Positions 9,384 to 19,181 of a stretch of DNA of 64,000 nt are shown here, in pieces. The stretch's first letter is position 1; every line of letters begins with the position of its first letter. Below the pieces are notes generated by a model. It saw only the letters and a program-made list of their open reading frames with translations, was not told where the DNA came from and made no database searches. This DNA is from an uncultured bacterium (GTDB taxonomy: Bacteria > Patescibacteriota > Microgenomatia > UBA1400 > MFAQ01), in contig CAXBYW010000004.1 of NCBI GenBank assembly GCA_963980225.1, positions 13,007 through 77,006 of the forward strand, read 5' to 3'. Both the position numbers and the translations under genes were made by a program.

Positions 9384-10397
9384 ATGAGATGGGTTTTTGC
9401 AGATGATGATCAAGTAAGTTTTTTTAAAGAAATTAAAGAGAAATCTGGTTTATCTAATGAAGTATTGGGTAGTTTTATTGGTGTGTCTGGTAGGAGTTTT
9501 GGTGACTGGGTTAATAGAAAGACGCTGCCTTCAAAAGAAGGTGTGTTAAGGTTGGGTCAAAAGTTTAAGATAATGGTTCCAAAGATATTGGAAGAAAGAG
9601 AGGAATTTTGGAGTGGAAGAATTCACGGAAGGAAAGCGGCTTTAAAGAGATTGAAGATTTATGGTCCTCCAGGTACACCCGAGGGTAGGAGGAAGGGTGG
9701 TTTGGTTTCCTGGCAAAGAAGACGAGAAAATCCTGATGTTTACAGGAAGCTAGGGTGTATTGTAGGAAATAAATTTATTAAACCAAAAAAGTCAGAAGAC
9801 CTAGCTGAGTTTGTTGGTATTGTTTTGGGGGATGGCTGTTTAACTAAAGATCAGTGTCAGATTTCTCTTAACATGATAGATGATAAAGAATATGTGAAGT
9901 ATGTTGCAAGATTGGTTTCAAAGCTTTTTGGATATGATCCAACAGTGGCTGAATATCCAGGGCAAACTGTTACGAGGATTATTATTACAGGTGTGTATTT
10001 TATAAAAATAATGAAAAGTTTTGGTTTGATAGTGGGAAATAAAACCAAGAATCAGGTTGGTGTCCCGGAATGGATAAAATCTGATAAAAACTTTTTTCGT
10101 GCCTGCATTAGGGGTTTGTTCGATACTGATGGAGGTACCTTTACTCACAAGCATAAAGTAAAGAGATACGATTATTGCCATTTTGGTTTAACTTATACAT
10201 CAGCTTGTAAACCACTGCTGTCTAGTTTTAAGAAATGTTTGGAGGTTGATGATATCAAGACTTATGGAAAAAAAGATTGTCTGTTTGTGTATAGAGTTGG
10301 TGATATTAATAGTTTTTTTAATATATATCAGACGAAGAATTTAAAACATGTTTATAGATTTAAAGACCATCTAAGTCGATCGACTAGGCTTAATTGA
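9384..10397 (+). CDS. Free-standing double-motif LAGLIDADG homing-endonuclease-family protein with N-terminal HTH
   Basis: LAEFVGIVLGDGC and CIRGLFDTDGG motifs; XRE-like HTH at N-terminus. Confidence 0.8.
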   Translation: MRWVFADDDQVSFFKEIKEKSGLSNEVLGSFIGVSGRSFGDWVNRKTLPSKEGVLRLGQKFKIMVPKILEEREEFWSGRIHGRKAALKRLKIYGPPGTPEGRRKGGLVSWQRRRENPDVYRKLGCIVGNKFIKPKKSEDLAEFVGIVLGDGCLTKDQCQISLNMIDDKEYVKYVARLVSKLFGYDPTVAEYPGQTVTRIIITGVYFIKIMKSFGLIVGNKTKNQVGVPEWIKSDKNFFRACIRGLFDTDGGTFTHKHKVKRYDYCHFGLTYTSACKPLLSSFKKCLEVDDIKTYGKKDCLFVYRVGDINSFFNIYQTKNLKHVYRFKDHLSRSTRLN

Positions 10398-10415
10398 GGT
10401 ATAATTTGTTATGTT

Positions 10416-10499
10416 GGAGGGATGCAGGGAATGGTTAACCGGAACGCTTGGAAAGCGTTTGCCCTAACGGGCTTGGGGGTTCGAGTCCCCCTCCCTCCG
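10416..10499 (+). tRNA. tRNA-Ser(GGA)
   Basis: AACGC-TT GGA AA-GCGTT; long variable arm; G73. Confidence 0.93.
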
Positions 10500-10540
10500 C
10501 AGAGTAAGTGTTTTTTAGTATTTAGGATAGAATAGGGATT

Positions 10541-12310
10541 ATGGATCAGGTTGAAGAAATTAAGAGAAAAGTAAATATTGTTTCGTTGATTGGTGAGTAT
10601 GTTACTTTAAAGAATACGGGTAGAAACCATAAAGGACTGTGTCCGTTTCATGGAGAGAAAAGCCCGTCGTTTATGGTAAATGAGGAGTTACAGATTTATA
10701 AATGTTTTGGGTGTGGAGTTGGAGGTGATGTAATCAAGTTTTTGATGGAGATTGAGGGTTTAGATTTTATAGAAGCGTTGGAAAAACTGGCTAAAAGAGC
10801 TGGGGTTAAGTTAGAGAAAAAGGGGAGAGATAATCAGAGTAGTGAAAAGAAACGAGTATTGGAGATGCATTCTTTGGCTGGTGAGTACTATCATTACTTG
10901 CTTATGGAGCATAAGGTTGGAGAGGTGGCAAGAAAGTATTTGTTGGGTAGGGGTTTGAACAAGAAAATTTGGGAGAGTTTTCGTTTAGGTTTTTCTTTAT
11001 CTACATGGGATGGGTTGAGTAAGTTTTTGATTGAAAAAAAGGGTTTTAAGGAGAATGAACTAATCAGTGCAGGACTTTCGATAAAGGGAAGTAAGGGAGG
11101 AGTGTATGACAGGTTTAGAGGTAGGATAATGTTTCCTTTACTTGATAGTGGTGAGAAGGTGGTTGGTTTTTCAGGTAGGGTAATTCCTGAACTTGCTAGG
11201 GAAAATGAACCTAAATATATAAACTCACCGGAGACGCTTGTGTACCATAAGTCACAGATGCTTTTTGGTTTGACTCAAGCAAGGCAAGCGATAAGAAAAA
11301 AGGATCAGGTGGTGGTAGTGGAAGGAGAGTTGGACATGATTAGTTCCTTTATGGCAGGAGTGACTGAGACGGTGGCTATTAAAGGGTCTGCTTTAACAGA
11401 GGAAATGGTAGAGAAACTAGCTAGGTTGTGTAACTTGGTTATCTTGGCTTTGGATGCTGATGATGCAGGCGAGGAAGCGTTGAAGAAGTCTATTGAGACA
11501 CTGGAAAAAAGAGGTTTGGAGGTAAAAGTGGTGTATTGGTCTGACGGTAAGGATCCAGATGAACTAGCTAGAAAAAACCCTTTGTCGTGGAGAAAACTGG
11601 TTGACAAGCCGGTGTCGGTATATGAATGGATAATGAAAAAGGCTTTTGATAAATGGGGGGTGGAGACGCCGGAAGACATAAAAAAAATAGTAAAAATGAC
11701 TGTGCCTTACTTGTCCAAGATAGAAAATAGGGTGGTGGCGGAAGTTTGGGTGAAGAGGTTGGCGGAAAAACTAGGTGTAGGTAAAGAAAGAGTTTGGGAA
11801 GAGGTTGAAAAAAGTGGAAAAAGAAGTGAGTTAAGAACTGAGTCAAGTACTAAGGAGGTAGAGAAAATAGAGGAGACGGACAACAAGACACATAAACTTA
11901 CAGAAAGACTTTTAACTGTTCTGTTTCAACTTGAGGGAGAAGAAAAAGGGTTGGTGAAAAAGATACTTTCAGGGATTAGTTTGGATGGTGCTGCCGGTAA
12001 ACTCTTAATAAGGTGGGTTAAGACTAAAGATGGAAAGATTGCTAGTTGGATCAAGAAGTTGCCGGATGAATTAAGAGTGGTGGCAGAAAGGTGTTTTATT
12101 AATGAAAAAGAAGAAGGTTTAGGGGAAAGAGAGGTTGTTAGGTTAGCTGTGGACTTGGCTAGAAATAAATTACAGGAAGAAAGAGTAGTTTTGATCGGTA
12201 AGTTGGAAATGGTGGAAAAGACTGATGATGAGGGTAAAATAGAGGAAATTAGTAGGAGATTGGTGTGGCTAGACAAGAAAGAAAGATTAATAGTTGGGTT
12301 TTTGATCTAG
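10541..12310 (+). CDS. dnaG: DNA primase
   Basis: [15 protein letters not shown] zinc finger, [32 protein letters not shown]. Confidence 0.97.
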   Translation: MDQVEEIKRKVNIVSLIGEYVTLKNTGRNHKGLCPFHGEKSPSFMVNEELQIYKCFGCGVGGDVIKFLMEIEGLDFIEALEKLAKRAGVKLEKKGRDNQSSEKKRVLEMHSLAGEYYHYLLMEHKVGEVARKYLLGRGLNKKIWESFRLGFSLSTWDGLSKFLIEKKGFKENELISAGLSIKGSKGGVYDRFRGRIMFPLLDSGEKVVGFSGRVIPELARENEPKYINSPETLVYHKSQMLFGLTQARQAIRKKDQVVVVEGELDMISSFMAGVTETVAIKGSALTEEMVEKLARLCNLVILALDADDAGEEALKKSIETLEKRGLEVKVVYWSDGKDPDELARKNPLSWRKLVDKPVSVYEWIMKKAFDKWGVETPEDIKKIVKMTVPYLSKIENRVVAEVWVKRLAEKLGVGKERVWEEVEKSGKRSELRTESSTKEVEKIEETDNKTHKLTERLLTVLFQLEGEEKGLVKKILSGISLDGAAGKLLIRWVKTKDGKIASWIKKLPDELRVVAERCFINEKEEGLGEREVVRLAVDLARNKLQEERVVLIGKLEMVEKTDDEGKIEEISRRLVWLDKKERLIVGFLI

Positions 12311-12377
12311 TAGCTTTGAATTTTTTACCGTTTGTGGTAAGCTAGGGAGATCAGTTTTGTTTGAAAAATCAAGATAT

Positions 12378-13508
12378 ATGGCTACAAAAAAGACCAAGAA
12401 ACAAACCAAGAAACAGGCAGGGACAAAGACGTTGCCTGTTGAGATGATTATTAAAACTCTTTTAAAAAAAGGAAAAGAGTATGGTTTTGTAACCCAAGAA
12501 GAGATTTTTGAGTATTTCCCTGACGCAGAAAAGAGAGTTGATGATTTGGATAAATTATACAATGAGCTGTTTTCGGCAGAGATTGATGTGTTTGAGAGTG
12601 TTTTGATGGGGGAAGAGAGTGTGGTAGTAAATGCTGATTTAGAGAAGGAGCTAGAAGAAGTTTCTAAAATGGATAGGAAAACTATTAATGACCCGGTAAG
12701 GATGTATTTAAGAGAGATTGGAAGAATTCCTCTTTTGAAAAGAGAGGAAGAGATTTCTTTAGCTCAACAAGTTGATAGAGATGATCCTAAAGCTAAGGCT
12801 AAGTTGACCCAAAGTAACTTAAGGTTGGTTGTTTCTATTGCTAAGAAGTATATGGGAAGAGGTATGAGCTTTTTAGACTTAATCCAAGAAGGAAATAAGG
12901 GTTTGATTAGAGCGGTAGAAAAATATGACTGGACAAAGGGATACAAATTTTCCACTTATGCAACCTGGTGGATTAGACAGGCAATAACTAGGGCAATTGC
13001 TGATCAGGCAAGAACGATTAGAATTCCAGTTCATATGGTAGAGACGATTAATAAGTTAATTCGTACTCAGAGAAAACTAATGCAAGATCTGGGTAGGGAA
13101 CCAACTGATGAAGAAGTGGGTGACGAGTTAGAGATTACACCAGAGAGAGTTAGGGAGATTTTGAAGATTTCACAGAAGACAACTTCTTTGGAGACTCCAA
13201 TTGGAGATGAGGAAGATTCGCTTTTAGGAGACTTTATTCCAGATGACAGACAAGCTTCACCATATGAAGTAACTAGTAAACAGTTAATGCATGAGAACTT
13301 AGAGTCGGCTCTTGATGCTTTAACAGAAAGAGAAAGTAAGGTACTAAAGATGCGATTTGGTTTGGCTGGGAGTAAGCCACTTACACTAGAAGAGGTAGGA
13401 AGACATTTTGGAGTAACCAGGGAAAGAATAAGACAGATCGAGAGTAAGGCGATAAGGAAGCTAAGACATCCAAGTAGAAAACGAAGACTGCAGGACTTTT
13501 TAGATTAG
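12378..13508 (+). CDS. rpoD: Primary sigma factor (SigA/RpoD)
   Basis: [45 protein letters not shown]. Confidence 0.97.
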   Translation: MATKKTKKQTKKQAGTKTLPVEMIIKTLLKKGKEYGFVTQEEIFEYFPDAEKRVDDLDKLYNELFSAEIDVFESVLMGEESVVVNADLEKELEEVSKMDRKTINDPVRMYLREIGRIPLLKREEEISLAQQVDRDDPKAKAKLTQSNLRLVVSIAKKYMGRGMSFLDLIQEGNKGLIRAVEKYDWTKGYKFSTYATWWIRQAITRAIADQARTIRIPVHMVETINKLIRTQRKLMQDLGREPTDEEVGDELEITPERVREILKISQKTTSLETPIGDEEDSLLGDFIPDDRQASPYEVTSKQLMHENLESALDALTERESKVLKMRFGLAGSKPLTLEEVGRHFGVTRERIRQIESKAIRKLRHPSRKRRLQDFLD

Positions 13509-13522
13509 TATAGAATTAAAGT

Positions 13523-13843
13523 ATGATAGGAAAACTTTTAGTTAGTACGATCGCCTTTTATGTAACAGCTTACTTGGTCCCTGGAGTAACGATTGCAGGC
13601 TGGGCCCCTTTATTGGTGGTGTCTGTTGTTTGGGGGATACTAGCTATGTTGATTAGACCTTTACTGATACTTTTGACTTTACCGGTTAATATTATGACTT
13701 TGGGACTATTTACCTTGGTTATAAACGCGGCTTTGGTACTGATGACAGCTAGGTTAGTGGAAGGATTTAGTGTAGAGAGTTTTGGCGCAGCCATGATTGC
13801 AGCCTTAGTGCTGGCAATTATCAATATGATTTTTGGGAGATGA
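13523..13843 (+). CDS. YvlD-like 4-TM (phage holin family) membrane protein
   Basis: IRPLLILLTLPVNIMTLGLFTLVINA. Confidence 0.85.
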   Translation: MIGKLLVSTIAFYVTAYLVPGVTIAGWAPLLVVSVVWGILAMLIRPLLILLTLPVNIMTLGLFTLVINAALVLMTARLVEGFSVESFGAAMIAALVLAIINMIFGR

Positions 13844-14157
13844 AAAGGTTTTCAGGATTTTTGGAGTTTGTCCGTGAACAGGGTGTGGTGGGTTTGGCAG
13901 TTGGTTTTATTTTAGGAGGGTCGGTGTCCAAGGTGGTGTCTTCTTTGGTAAAGGATGTTATTAACCCTATCTTGGGAATATTTTTAGGAGCAACCGGTAA
14001 CTTGAGCTCGTACAGCTTGAGGATTGGCTCATCGGAAATTCTGTGGGGTAGTTTCTTATCGGTATTGATTGATTTTGTGTTAATTGCTTTTGTGGTGTAT
14101 TTTGGGGTGAAAAAACTAGGATTAGATAAGTTAGACAAGAAGAAAGAGAAGAAGTAG
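13840..14157 (+). CDS. mscL: Large-conductance mechanosensitive channel
   Basis: FLEFV..QGVVGLAVGFILG..VVSSLVKDVINP. Confidence 0.88.
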   Translation: MKRFSGFLEFVREQGVVGLAVGFILGGSVSKVVSSLVKDVINPILGIFLGATGNLSSYSLRIGSSEILWGSFLSVLIDFVLIAFVVYFGVKKLGLDKLDKKKEKK

Positions 14158-14252
14158 GTTGAAGTTTTTAGATTATGGCTTGGTTTGAGAGTGTTTTTAG
14201 GTTAAAATAGTGAGGCTTCTGGAATTTATTTTTAGAAGTTGTACATTTATAT

Positions 14253-14541
14253 TCCCCGGTAGCTCAGTTGGTAGAGCGCGCGACTGTCGATTGGCAGCTT
14301 CCATTGGAAACTTTGGAATGATAATTGGGTGAACTGCGGGAAGCCTAAGTGGTTAATAACTATATGGGAATCCGCAGCCAAGCCCACTTTTAGTGGGAAG
14401 GTTCAGAGACTAGGTGAGTACACCCTAGAGCGCCCGACACCTAAATTCGAAAGGATATGGTGATGAGATAGTCCACGCCATTTGGAAACAAGTGGATTAA
14501 GTGTAATCGCTAGGTCACTGGTTCGAGTCCAGTCCGGGGAG
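14253..14541 (+). tRNA. tRNA-Asn(GUU), split by group I intron (exons 14253-14287 and 14504-14541)
   Basis: TCCCCGG/CCGGGGA acceptor, G73; spliced anticodon arm GCGA-CT GT|T AA-TCGC. Confidence 0.9.
14288..14503 (+). ncRNA. Group I self-splicing intron, 216 nt, no ORF
   Basis: P1 CTGT|C/GGCAG with U.G at the splice site; P4 CTGCGG/CCGCAG; R GTTCAGAGACTA; S GATAGTCC; P3 TTGGGTG/CGCCCGA; terminal G14503. Confidence 0.9.
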
Positions 14542-14609
14542 CTCGATTTTTTACTCAAATGATTTTATGGCCCAACGTGGACAATTCAACCTTTTGGTAA
14601 ACTTAAGCT

Positions 14610-15209
14610 ATGAAAATTAGTCTGGGCAAGTTTAAGTATGTAGCTTTGAATAAGGAGAGGGAAAGTAATAATATCTTCGTTCAGAGTAGGCCCGAGCAAT
14701 GGTTTTTTGTGCTGATTCCTTATGTGGTTGGTGCGGCTATCTCTCAAAATTGGCACTGGTTAATCTTTTTGTTTTTTACTTTTCCATATAATTATTTTGT
14801 TTATAAATTCGATGATATCTTGGAGAACAAGTATGGGAAAGGTGACTATGAAATTATTAGTGCACCAATTTATTTTATAGTTCCTTTTATTGCGGGGTTT
14901 GGGAAGATTGATGTGCTGATTATTGTTGGTTTGTATTTATGGATGTTTGGAGCAAATGCTGTTCATAGTATTGGTCATAAGGAAATTAACTTAAGATGGG
15001 CATATTTTTTATTACCCATAATACTTTTTGGAGCTTATCTGATGTCAAAGACGTCTCTTTTTTCGTACATGTTTTTCAAAGCAACTCTTGTGGTGGGCTT
15101 TACTCATTTAATGTTATTGATAACAAACACATGGCGGGATGATTATTGGATTGCAACATTTGGACTATATGTTGGTTTGGGGTTATACGAAGGCTTACTG
15201 TATTTATAG
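14610..15209 (+). CDS. Polytopic membrane protein, possibly divergent UbiA-like prenyltransferase
   Basis: Multiple TM; FPYNYFVYKFDDILE weakly resembles UbiA NDxxD. Confidence 0.45.
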   Translation: MKISLGKFKYVALNKERESNNIFVQSRPEQWFFVLIPYVVGAAISQNWHWLIFLFFTFPYNYFVYKFDDILENKYGKGDYEIISAPIYFIVPFIAGFGKIDVLIIVGLYLWMFGANAVHSIGHKEINLRWAYFLLPIILFGAYLMSKTSLFSYMFFKATLVVGFTHLMLLITNTWRDDYWIATFGLYVGLGLYEGLLYL

Positions 15210-15314
15210 TTATAAAAAATAAGTTTCCTTATGGTTCGTGTAAGTTGATGTAAATAGATTCTGGCGAACCCAATCCTGGGAACTTAGCATGATTTAGATT
15301 GGTACAATGAAAGT

Positions 15315-16043
15315 ATGAATAAAAAAGTGTTGATGGTGGTGTTGGGCTTTTTCGTAATAAGCGTTAGTGTCTTTTTTATATCGAAAGGGAAGGTAAGTCA
15401 GGAGAACATGGAAGCAGAAGTTACCATAAGAGAACCTGAGACAGTGGTGCAAGAAGAAGTGGTTATGCTTGTCGCCAAACTAGAAGATGTGAGTGGGGGT
15501 GATTCTAGTGGGACGGCTATTATAATAAGAGAGAATGTTTTAAAACATGAGGTTGAGGCAAGTTTGCCTGAGTTAGTTGGTGACACCTTTTATGAGGGTT
15601 GGTTGGTAAAACAAAAACCCAGTTTAAAGTTTTTTTCGACTGGAGTAATAAGATTACCAGCAGAGAAACTGAGACATTTTATTGAAGGGGCCTACTTCTT
15701 ACCAAGCAGAGCAACGCAAGAAGAGATAGATATGAAGATTTCATGTTTGTCGAAATCCAGAGTGATCATAACCCAAGGAGATGCGGTTGTGTCTCTTAAC
15801 GTTATCGACGCTCTGCGGGTTTCTCCAGGGGAGATAGGGGAGTTCGAAAGAACATTTCTATCGGAATCTACAGAAGATGATAAAGAACAGTTAAAATTGA
15901 TCTTTTGTGGATGGAAGACAACCTTCGAAGATAATAGTTATCTTGATCCATATTCTTGGTCAAGGTACATTTTTACCTTTGAAAAATTAGTTTTCCAAGA
16001 AGACTCTCGTAATCAACTAGACCAGACCAAACCATTACCTTAA
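15315..16043 (+). CDS. Membrane-anchored hypothetical protein, possibly chimeric
   Basis: N-terminal TM plus FYEGWLV (RskA-like) domain; unrelated C-terminal half. Confidence 0.55.
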   Translation: MNKKVLMVVLGFFVISVSVFFISKGKVSQENMEAEVTIREPETVVQEEVVMLVAKLEDVSGGDSSGTAIIIRENVLKHEVEASLPELVGDTFYEGWLVKQKPSLKFFSTGVIRLPAEKLRHFIEGAYFLPSRATQEEIDMKISCLSKSRVIITQGDAVVSLNVIDALRVSPGEIGEFERTFLSESTEDDKEQLKLIFCGWKTTFEDNSYLDPYSWSRYIFTFEKLVFQEDSRNQLDQTKPLP

Positions 16044-16068
16044 CGGGAAAACGGTTTGGTCTTTTTTT
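16024..16068 (+). terminator. Probable intrinsic terminator
   Basis: AGACCAAACC...GGTTTGGTCT followed by a T run. Confidence 0.6.
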
Positions 16069-16085
16069 GTTTATTTTTTGGGGTT

Positions 16086-16775
16086 TTAGAAAAACTCTAT
16101 TACTTGTTTAAATGTCGCCTCCTGTAAGCCTCGTCTTAGAATTTTTAAACCATCTCTTAGACGATGTCTGTATGGTTTGTTGACGGATATTTTGCCTTGG
16201 TTCTGTTTGAGTATTTTTTTTAGTTTTAATCTTGCTTTGGTTTTTGTTTTCCAACCTAAGAGCATGACAGCGTGTGGGTTTAGTTTTACTTCGTCGTCAA
16301 AAGGAACAGATATTGAAAACACAAGCTTTTCCTTTGTTTCTTTAAATAGTGATGACAGTCCATAGGGGGTAAAGCGAAAATAGTCTGATGGGTGTTTGTG
16401 AATATACATATTTTGATGTGAGGAAACTATCATAGCTCCCTTTTTGGAGAGTACTCTTTCTATTTCTTTTGCTATAACCCATGGTTTCTCGGCGTGTTCT
16501 AAGGTTTCTAGGCAAAGTATCAAGTCAAAAGAGTTGTTCTTGAAAGGGAGTTTTTCTCCATTTATTACTCTATCAACTCCTGTGCCTTTTCTCATGTCTA
16601 CTCCAATATATTCACTTCTGTTATCAAACAAACTTCTTAGGTTGGCTATTTTTTTTTGGTTTGATTCGTGCCTCGAGCCAATTTCTAGGACTCTTTTAGG
16701 GGTAGTTAGACTTTTAATTATGATTTCGACTGCTTGGCGTACGTGTATTGTCATGTTTAAGATATGATAGCGCAA
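16086..16775 (-). CDS. Class I SAM-dependent methyltransferase
   Basis: VLEIGS, LPFKNNSFDLILCLETLEH, DYFRFT. Confidence 0.85.
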   Translation of the reverse strand: MRYHILNMTIHVRQAVEIIIKSLTTPKRVLEIGSRHESNQKKIANLRSLFDNRSEYIGVDMRKGTGVDRVINGEKLPFKNNSFDLILCLETLEHAEKPWVIAKEIERVLSKKGAMIVSSHQNMYIHKHPSDYFRFTPYGLSSLFKETKEKLVFSISVPFDDEVKLNPHAVMLLGWKTKTKARLKLKKILKQNQGKISVNKPYRHRLRDGLKILRRGLQEATFKQVIEFF

Positions 16776-16931
16776 ATGAAGGCTAAAGTCTTCATTGTTA
16801 GTTTATTTGATTAATTACCAAAGTATGTTTGGAGCCACTTCTTTATAGCGATAGGGTGATTTTTGTTGCTATTTGAGCTTAATAAGAATATAATCCGGTA
16901 TACCGTATTAGTAATGGTGTAGTGAATTTTT

Positions 16932-17486
16932 ATGAATGATTTTAGATTTAATGACAGATCAAGAGGTGGTAGGGATGGGCGAGGTTCGTCTAGACCACCA
17001 CTACATGATGCAGTGTGTAATGAGTGTGGCAAGGACTGTAAGGTACCTTTTAGACCAAGTGGTAGCAAACCGGTGTTTTGTAGTGAGTGTTTCGAACAGA
17101 AGGGTGGAGGAGGAGACAGTAGAGATAATAGAGGTGGTAGATCAAACCAAAGAGATTCTTTTAGGCCACGTTTTGGTGATAGAGATTCTGGTAGGCCACC
17201 TAGACGAGAAGGTTCTGGTTCTCCTGATTTGTCACGACTAACAAGAGGTATTGACAGTTTAAATAGTAAGATGGATAGAATTATTAGTTTGTTGGAATCT
17301 TCAGCTGGGATTAAACCAAAGAAAGCTAAGGGTAAAAAAATGGATGAAGTGGCTGAAATGGTGGCGTCTTTGAAAAAGAGTGATGCTGATTTAGCGGCTG
17401 TTGAGAAAAAGAAGGCTCCTAAGTCTAAAGCTAAACCTAAAAAAACTTCTAAGTCTAAAGCTAAAACTAAGAAGATTAAAAAATAG
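16932..17486 (+). CDS. CxxC-x17-CxxC zinc-ribbon protein with RG-rich and Lys-rich regions
   Basis: AVCNECGKDCKVPFRPSGSKPVFCSECF. Confidence 0.8.
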   Translation: MNDFRFNDRSRGGRDGRGSSRPPLHDAVCNECGKDCKVPFRPSGSKPVFCSECFEQKGGGGDSRDNRGGRSNQRDSFRPRFGDRDSGRPPRREGSGSPDLSRLTRGIDSLNSKMDRIISLLESSAGIKPKKAKGKKMDEVAEMVASLKKSDADLAAVEKKKAPKSKAKPKKTSKSKAKTKKIKK

Positions 17487-17494
17487 TCCTATAA

Positions 17495-17523
17495 TTGACA
17501 GTGATTGGGGAGTGTGTTACAAT
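17495..17523 (+). promoter_or_regulatory. sigma70-type promoter of DEAD-box helicase
   Basis: TTGACA-17 nt-TACAAT with TGn extension. Confidence 0.7.
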
Positions 17524-17650
17524 TTCTTTGTTAGCTAAAAAATGCTGATCAGTAGGTACTGATTTGAGTCGGTTAATTTGGATTTTAAGTATTTATACTT
17601 TCCCCTTTTTTCAATCGTCTCCTTTTTTGAGGCGATTAATATATAAAAAT

Positions 17651-18907
17651 ATGAGTAACTTTCAGCGTGGTAATTCTCGTGGTTCACACGGGCAAAATAG
17701 AGGTAATAGATCAGGTGGTGGTGGTGGATATCAAAATAGAGGTAGAGGTGGATCCCAAAAAAGAGGTAGGGGTGGATATCAAAATAGAGGTAGATACCAA
17801 AATAAAGGTATTTTCTTAAATCCTTTGATGTTTGTTAAGAAGGCCGTGAACGTGATCGAGGTTGCGTATACACCAAAAAACAGTTTTTCGGATTTTCTTT
17901 TGGATGAAACTGTCAAAAAGAATGTTTTATCTCGTGGTTATGACGTACCAACTCCGGTTCAGGACGAATCTATACCAGCCATATTAGAAGGAAGGGATTT
18001 AGTTGGTATTGCCAATACAGGAACTGGTAAGACAGCTGCATTTCTATTGCCTTTGATTACTAAAGTAGCAAAGGACAGAAGTCAAAAGGTTTTGATTGTT
18101 ACACCTACGCGTGAGTTGGCTGCACAGATCCAAGATGAGTTTAAGAAATTCAGTGTGGGTATGAATATGTACTCTACGCTATGTATTGGTGGTGCTTCTA
18201 TAAATGTACAGTTTAGAGAGTTGTCACGCAGGCCTAATTTTGTAATTGGTACACCTGGAAGAATCAAAGATCTTGAGAACAGAAGAAGATTGGACTTAAG
18301 GCAGTATCAGAATGTTGTATTAGATGAAGTCGACAGAATGTTAGATATGGGATTTATTAATGATATTAGAGAGATTATTTCTCTATTACCTCATGAGCGT
18401 CAGTCATTGTTTTTTTCCGCCACTTTACCGGAAAAAATCAAAGCTGTGATGCAGACATTTTTGGTTAACCCAGTAATGGTGCAGGTAAAAAATGGAAACA
18501 CTGCTAGCAATGTTGATCAGGATATTATTAGAACCAAAGGTAGAGACAAGGTAGAGATTCTTCATCAGCTTTTGATAAAACAAGAGTTTAAGAAGGTTTT
18601 GGTATTTGGTAGAACCAAATGGGGAGTAAACAAACTAGAGATAAACTTGACTGGTAGAGGTTTTAAGGCAACATCAATTCATGGTAATAAGAGTCAGGGG
18701 CAGAGATCACGAGCTTTGAGAATGTTAAAAAATAGTGAGGTTCAGGTTTTGTTAGCTACTGATGTAGCTTCCAGGGGTATTGATGTTGAAGACATAACTC
18801 ATGTGATTAACTATGACGTGCCAGAGACGTATGATGACTATGTTCATAGAATAGGTAGAACGGGTAGAGCTGGGAAAAAGGGTGTGGCTTTAACTTTTAT
18901 TGACTAA
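17651..18907 (+). CDS. DEAD-box RNA helicase with RGG-rich N-terminus
   Basis: Q motif PTPVQ, GTGKT, PTRELA, DEVD, SAT, HRIGRTGR. Confidence 0.95.
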   Translation: MSNFQRGNSRGSHGQNRGNRSGGGGGYQNRGRGGSQKRGRGGYQNRGRYQNKGIFLNPLMFVKKAVNVIEVAYTPKNSFSDFLLDETVKKNVLSRGYDVPTPVQDESIPAILEGRDLVGIANTGTGKTAAFLLPLITKVAKDRSQKVLIVTPTRELAAQIQDEFKKFSVGMNMYSTLCIGGASINVQFRELSRRPNFVIGTPGRIKDLENRRRLDLRQYQNVVLDEVDRMLDMGFINDIREIISLLPHERQSLFFSATLPEKIKAVMQTFLVNPVMVQVKNGNTASNVDQDIIRTKGRDKVEILHQLLIKQEFKKVLVFGRTKWGVNKLEINLTGRGFKATSIHGNKSQGQRSRALRMLKNSEVQVLLATDVASRGIDVEDITHVINYDVPETYDDYVHRIGRTGRAGKKGVALTFID

Positions 18908-18974
18908 TCTAACTAGAGGTTTGGTTGGGGGAGATTGGTAGTTTTGATAAACATAGGGTTACAATGTTCTTAAG

Positions 18975-19181
18975 ATGACAAACAGAGTATCTAATCATCT
19001 TCAGGTGTTGCGCCGGAAGAAACAGCTTACACAAGAAGAGTTGGCGAAGAAGGTGGGGGTGACCCGTCAGACTATTATTGCTATGGAGAAAGGTAGTTAC
19101 ACACCGTCGGTACTTTTAGCATTAAAAATCTCCCGGTTTTTTAAGAAGCCGGTAGAGAGTATATTTATACTACAACCATGA
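18975..19181 (+). CDS. XRE-family HTH transcriptional regulator
   Basis: LTQEELAKKVGVTRQTIIAMEKGSYTPS. Confidence 0.9.
   Translation: MTNRVSNHLQVLRRKKQLTQEELAKKVGVTRQTIIAMEKGSYTPSVLLALKISRFFKKPVESIFILQP

Noticed and set aside
13523-13843. Holin as a prophage marker
   Set aside because: YvlD-like family is commonly chromosomal; no phage genes nearby
14253-14300. Apparent tRNA-Asp(GTC) fragment
   Set aside because: The C belongs to the intron; the spliced product is Asn(GTT)
17564-17650. N-terminal extension of the helicase from TTG
   Set aside because: Better explained as 5' UTR; ATG 17651 begins the RG-rich domain
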